From assembly GCA_029862185.1 (NCBI GenBank), contig JAOTXX010000006.1, positions 12,486 to 76,485 on the forward strand: a stretch of DNA of 64,000 bases, in the 5' to 3' direction. Source of the DNA: Myxococcales bacterium. GTDB taxonomy: Bacteria; Myxococcota_A; Polyangia; Polyangiales; Houyiibacteriaceae. Of the stretch, positions 63,682-64,000 are shown piece after piece. Position numbers and translations under genes: made by a program. How positions within the stretch are numbered: position 1 is the first letter of the stretch; each line of letters starts with the position of its first letter. The notes below the pieces were generated by a model that had not been told where the DNA came from, made no database searches, and worked only from the letters and a program-made list of their open reading frames with translations.

Positions 63682-63841
63682 ACCGGTGCAGTTCAGAAAT
63701 GGTATCTGACTGAACAACACCCCGTCAAACCTCTGCGACCCCACAAGCCTCTGAAATCCCGGAGATTTTCGGTTCTCAAACGCAAGAATGCCCCGTCGGG
63801 GGTGGACCCCAACGAGGCGCTCGCAATCGCCGAGCTCGACC

Positions 63842-64000
<159 letters not shown>

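Noticed and set aside
63688-63712. A short hairpin GTTCAG-N13-CTGAAC in the P-II/psd spacer.
   Set aside because: The stem is only 6 bp, with a large loop and no U-tract. It is indistinguishable from chance.

Overview
The window is high-GC, densely coding bacterial chromosome. It is probably from a myxobacterium (Myxococcota). This is an inference from a MYXO-CTERM-like tail, a PilQ with several AMIN-like modules, many lipobox lipoproteins, a eukaryotic-like Ser/Thr kinase and a sigma-54 activator. I found about 60 protein genes. I recognised no rRNA, tRNA, CRISPR array, transposase or integrase. Most content is housekeeping: sppA (partial), a fused aroK-aroB, the type IV pilus assembly operon pilMNOPQ headed by a small XRE-HTH gene, rsmA, pyrE, plant-type gshA, tyrS plus an IHF-beta-like gene, recQ, recD2, truD, pepP, proC, yggS, maf, psd, a partial P-II gene, and exbB-exbD-tonB. 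A contiguous nuoA-B-C-D-G(short)-H-I block lacks nuoE/F and nuoJ-N in cis. It is tightly coupled to an LCM/TIGR00027-family methyltransferase and an alpha/beta hydrolase. The items most worth a second look are listed here. (1) A stand-alone, AT-richer GHKL-ATPase gene has a TGA stop followed in frame by an orphan MYXO-CTERM-like sorting tail. (2) A ~164-nt long imperfect palindrome lies between the TetR gene and tyrS. (3) The truncated nuo operon has an ~90-aa two-helix insertion in NuoH, plus the methyltransferase/hydrolase pair. (4) One protein fuses a ParA/MinD-like domain lacking the P-loop lysine, a J-like domain lacking HPD, and a RodZ-type HTH, next to maf and yggS. (5) A two-gene AmmeMemoRadiSam subset (radical SAM plus Memo) has no AMMECR1 partner. 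(6) A 1379-aa Ig-repeat/beta-helix lipoprotein. (7) An AT-rich island of phased palindromes sits upstream of the XRE-pilM operon. I found no unambiguous new multi-gene system, and every functional idea here is a hypothesis. All calls come from reading the ORF translations and the DNA by eye. No searches, folding or statistics were run. The ORF track shows GTG/TTG starts as M, and I refined several starts by hand.
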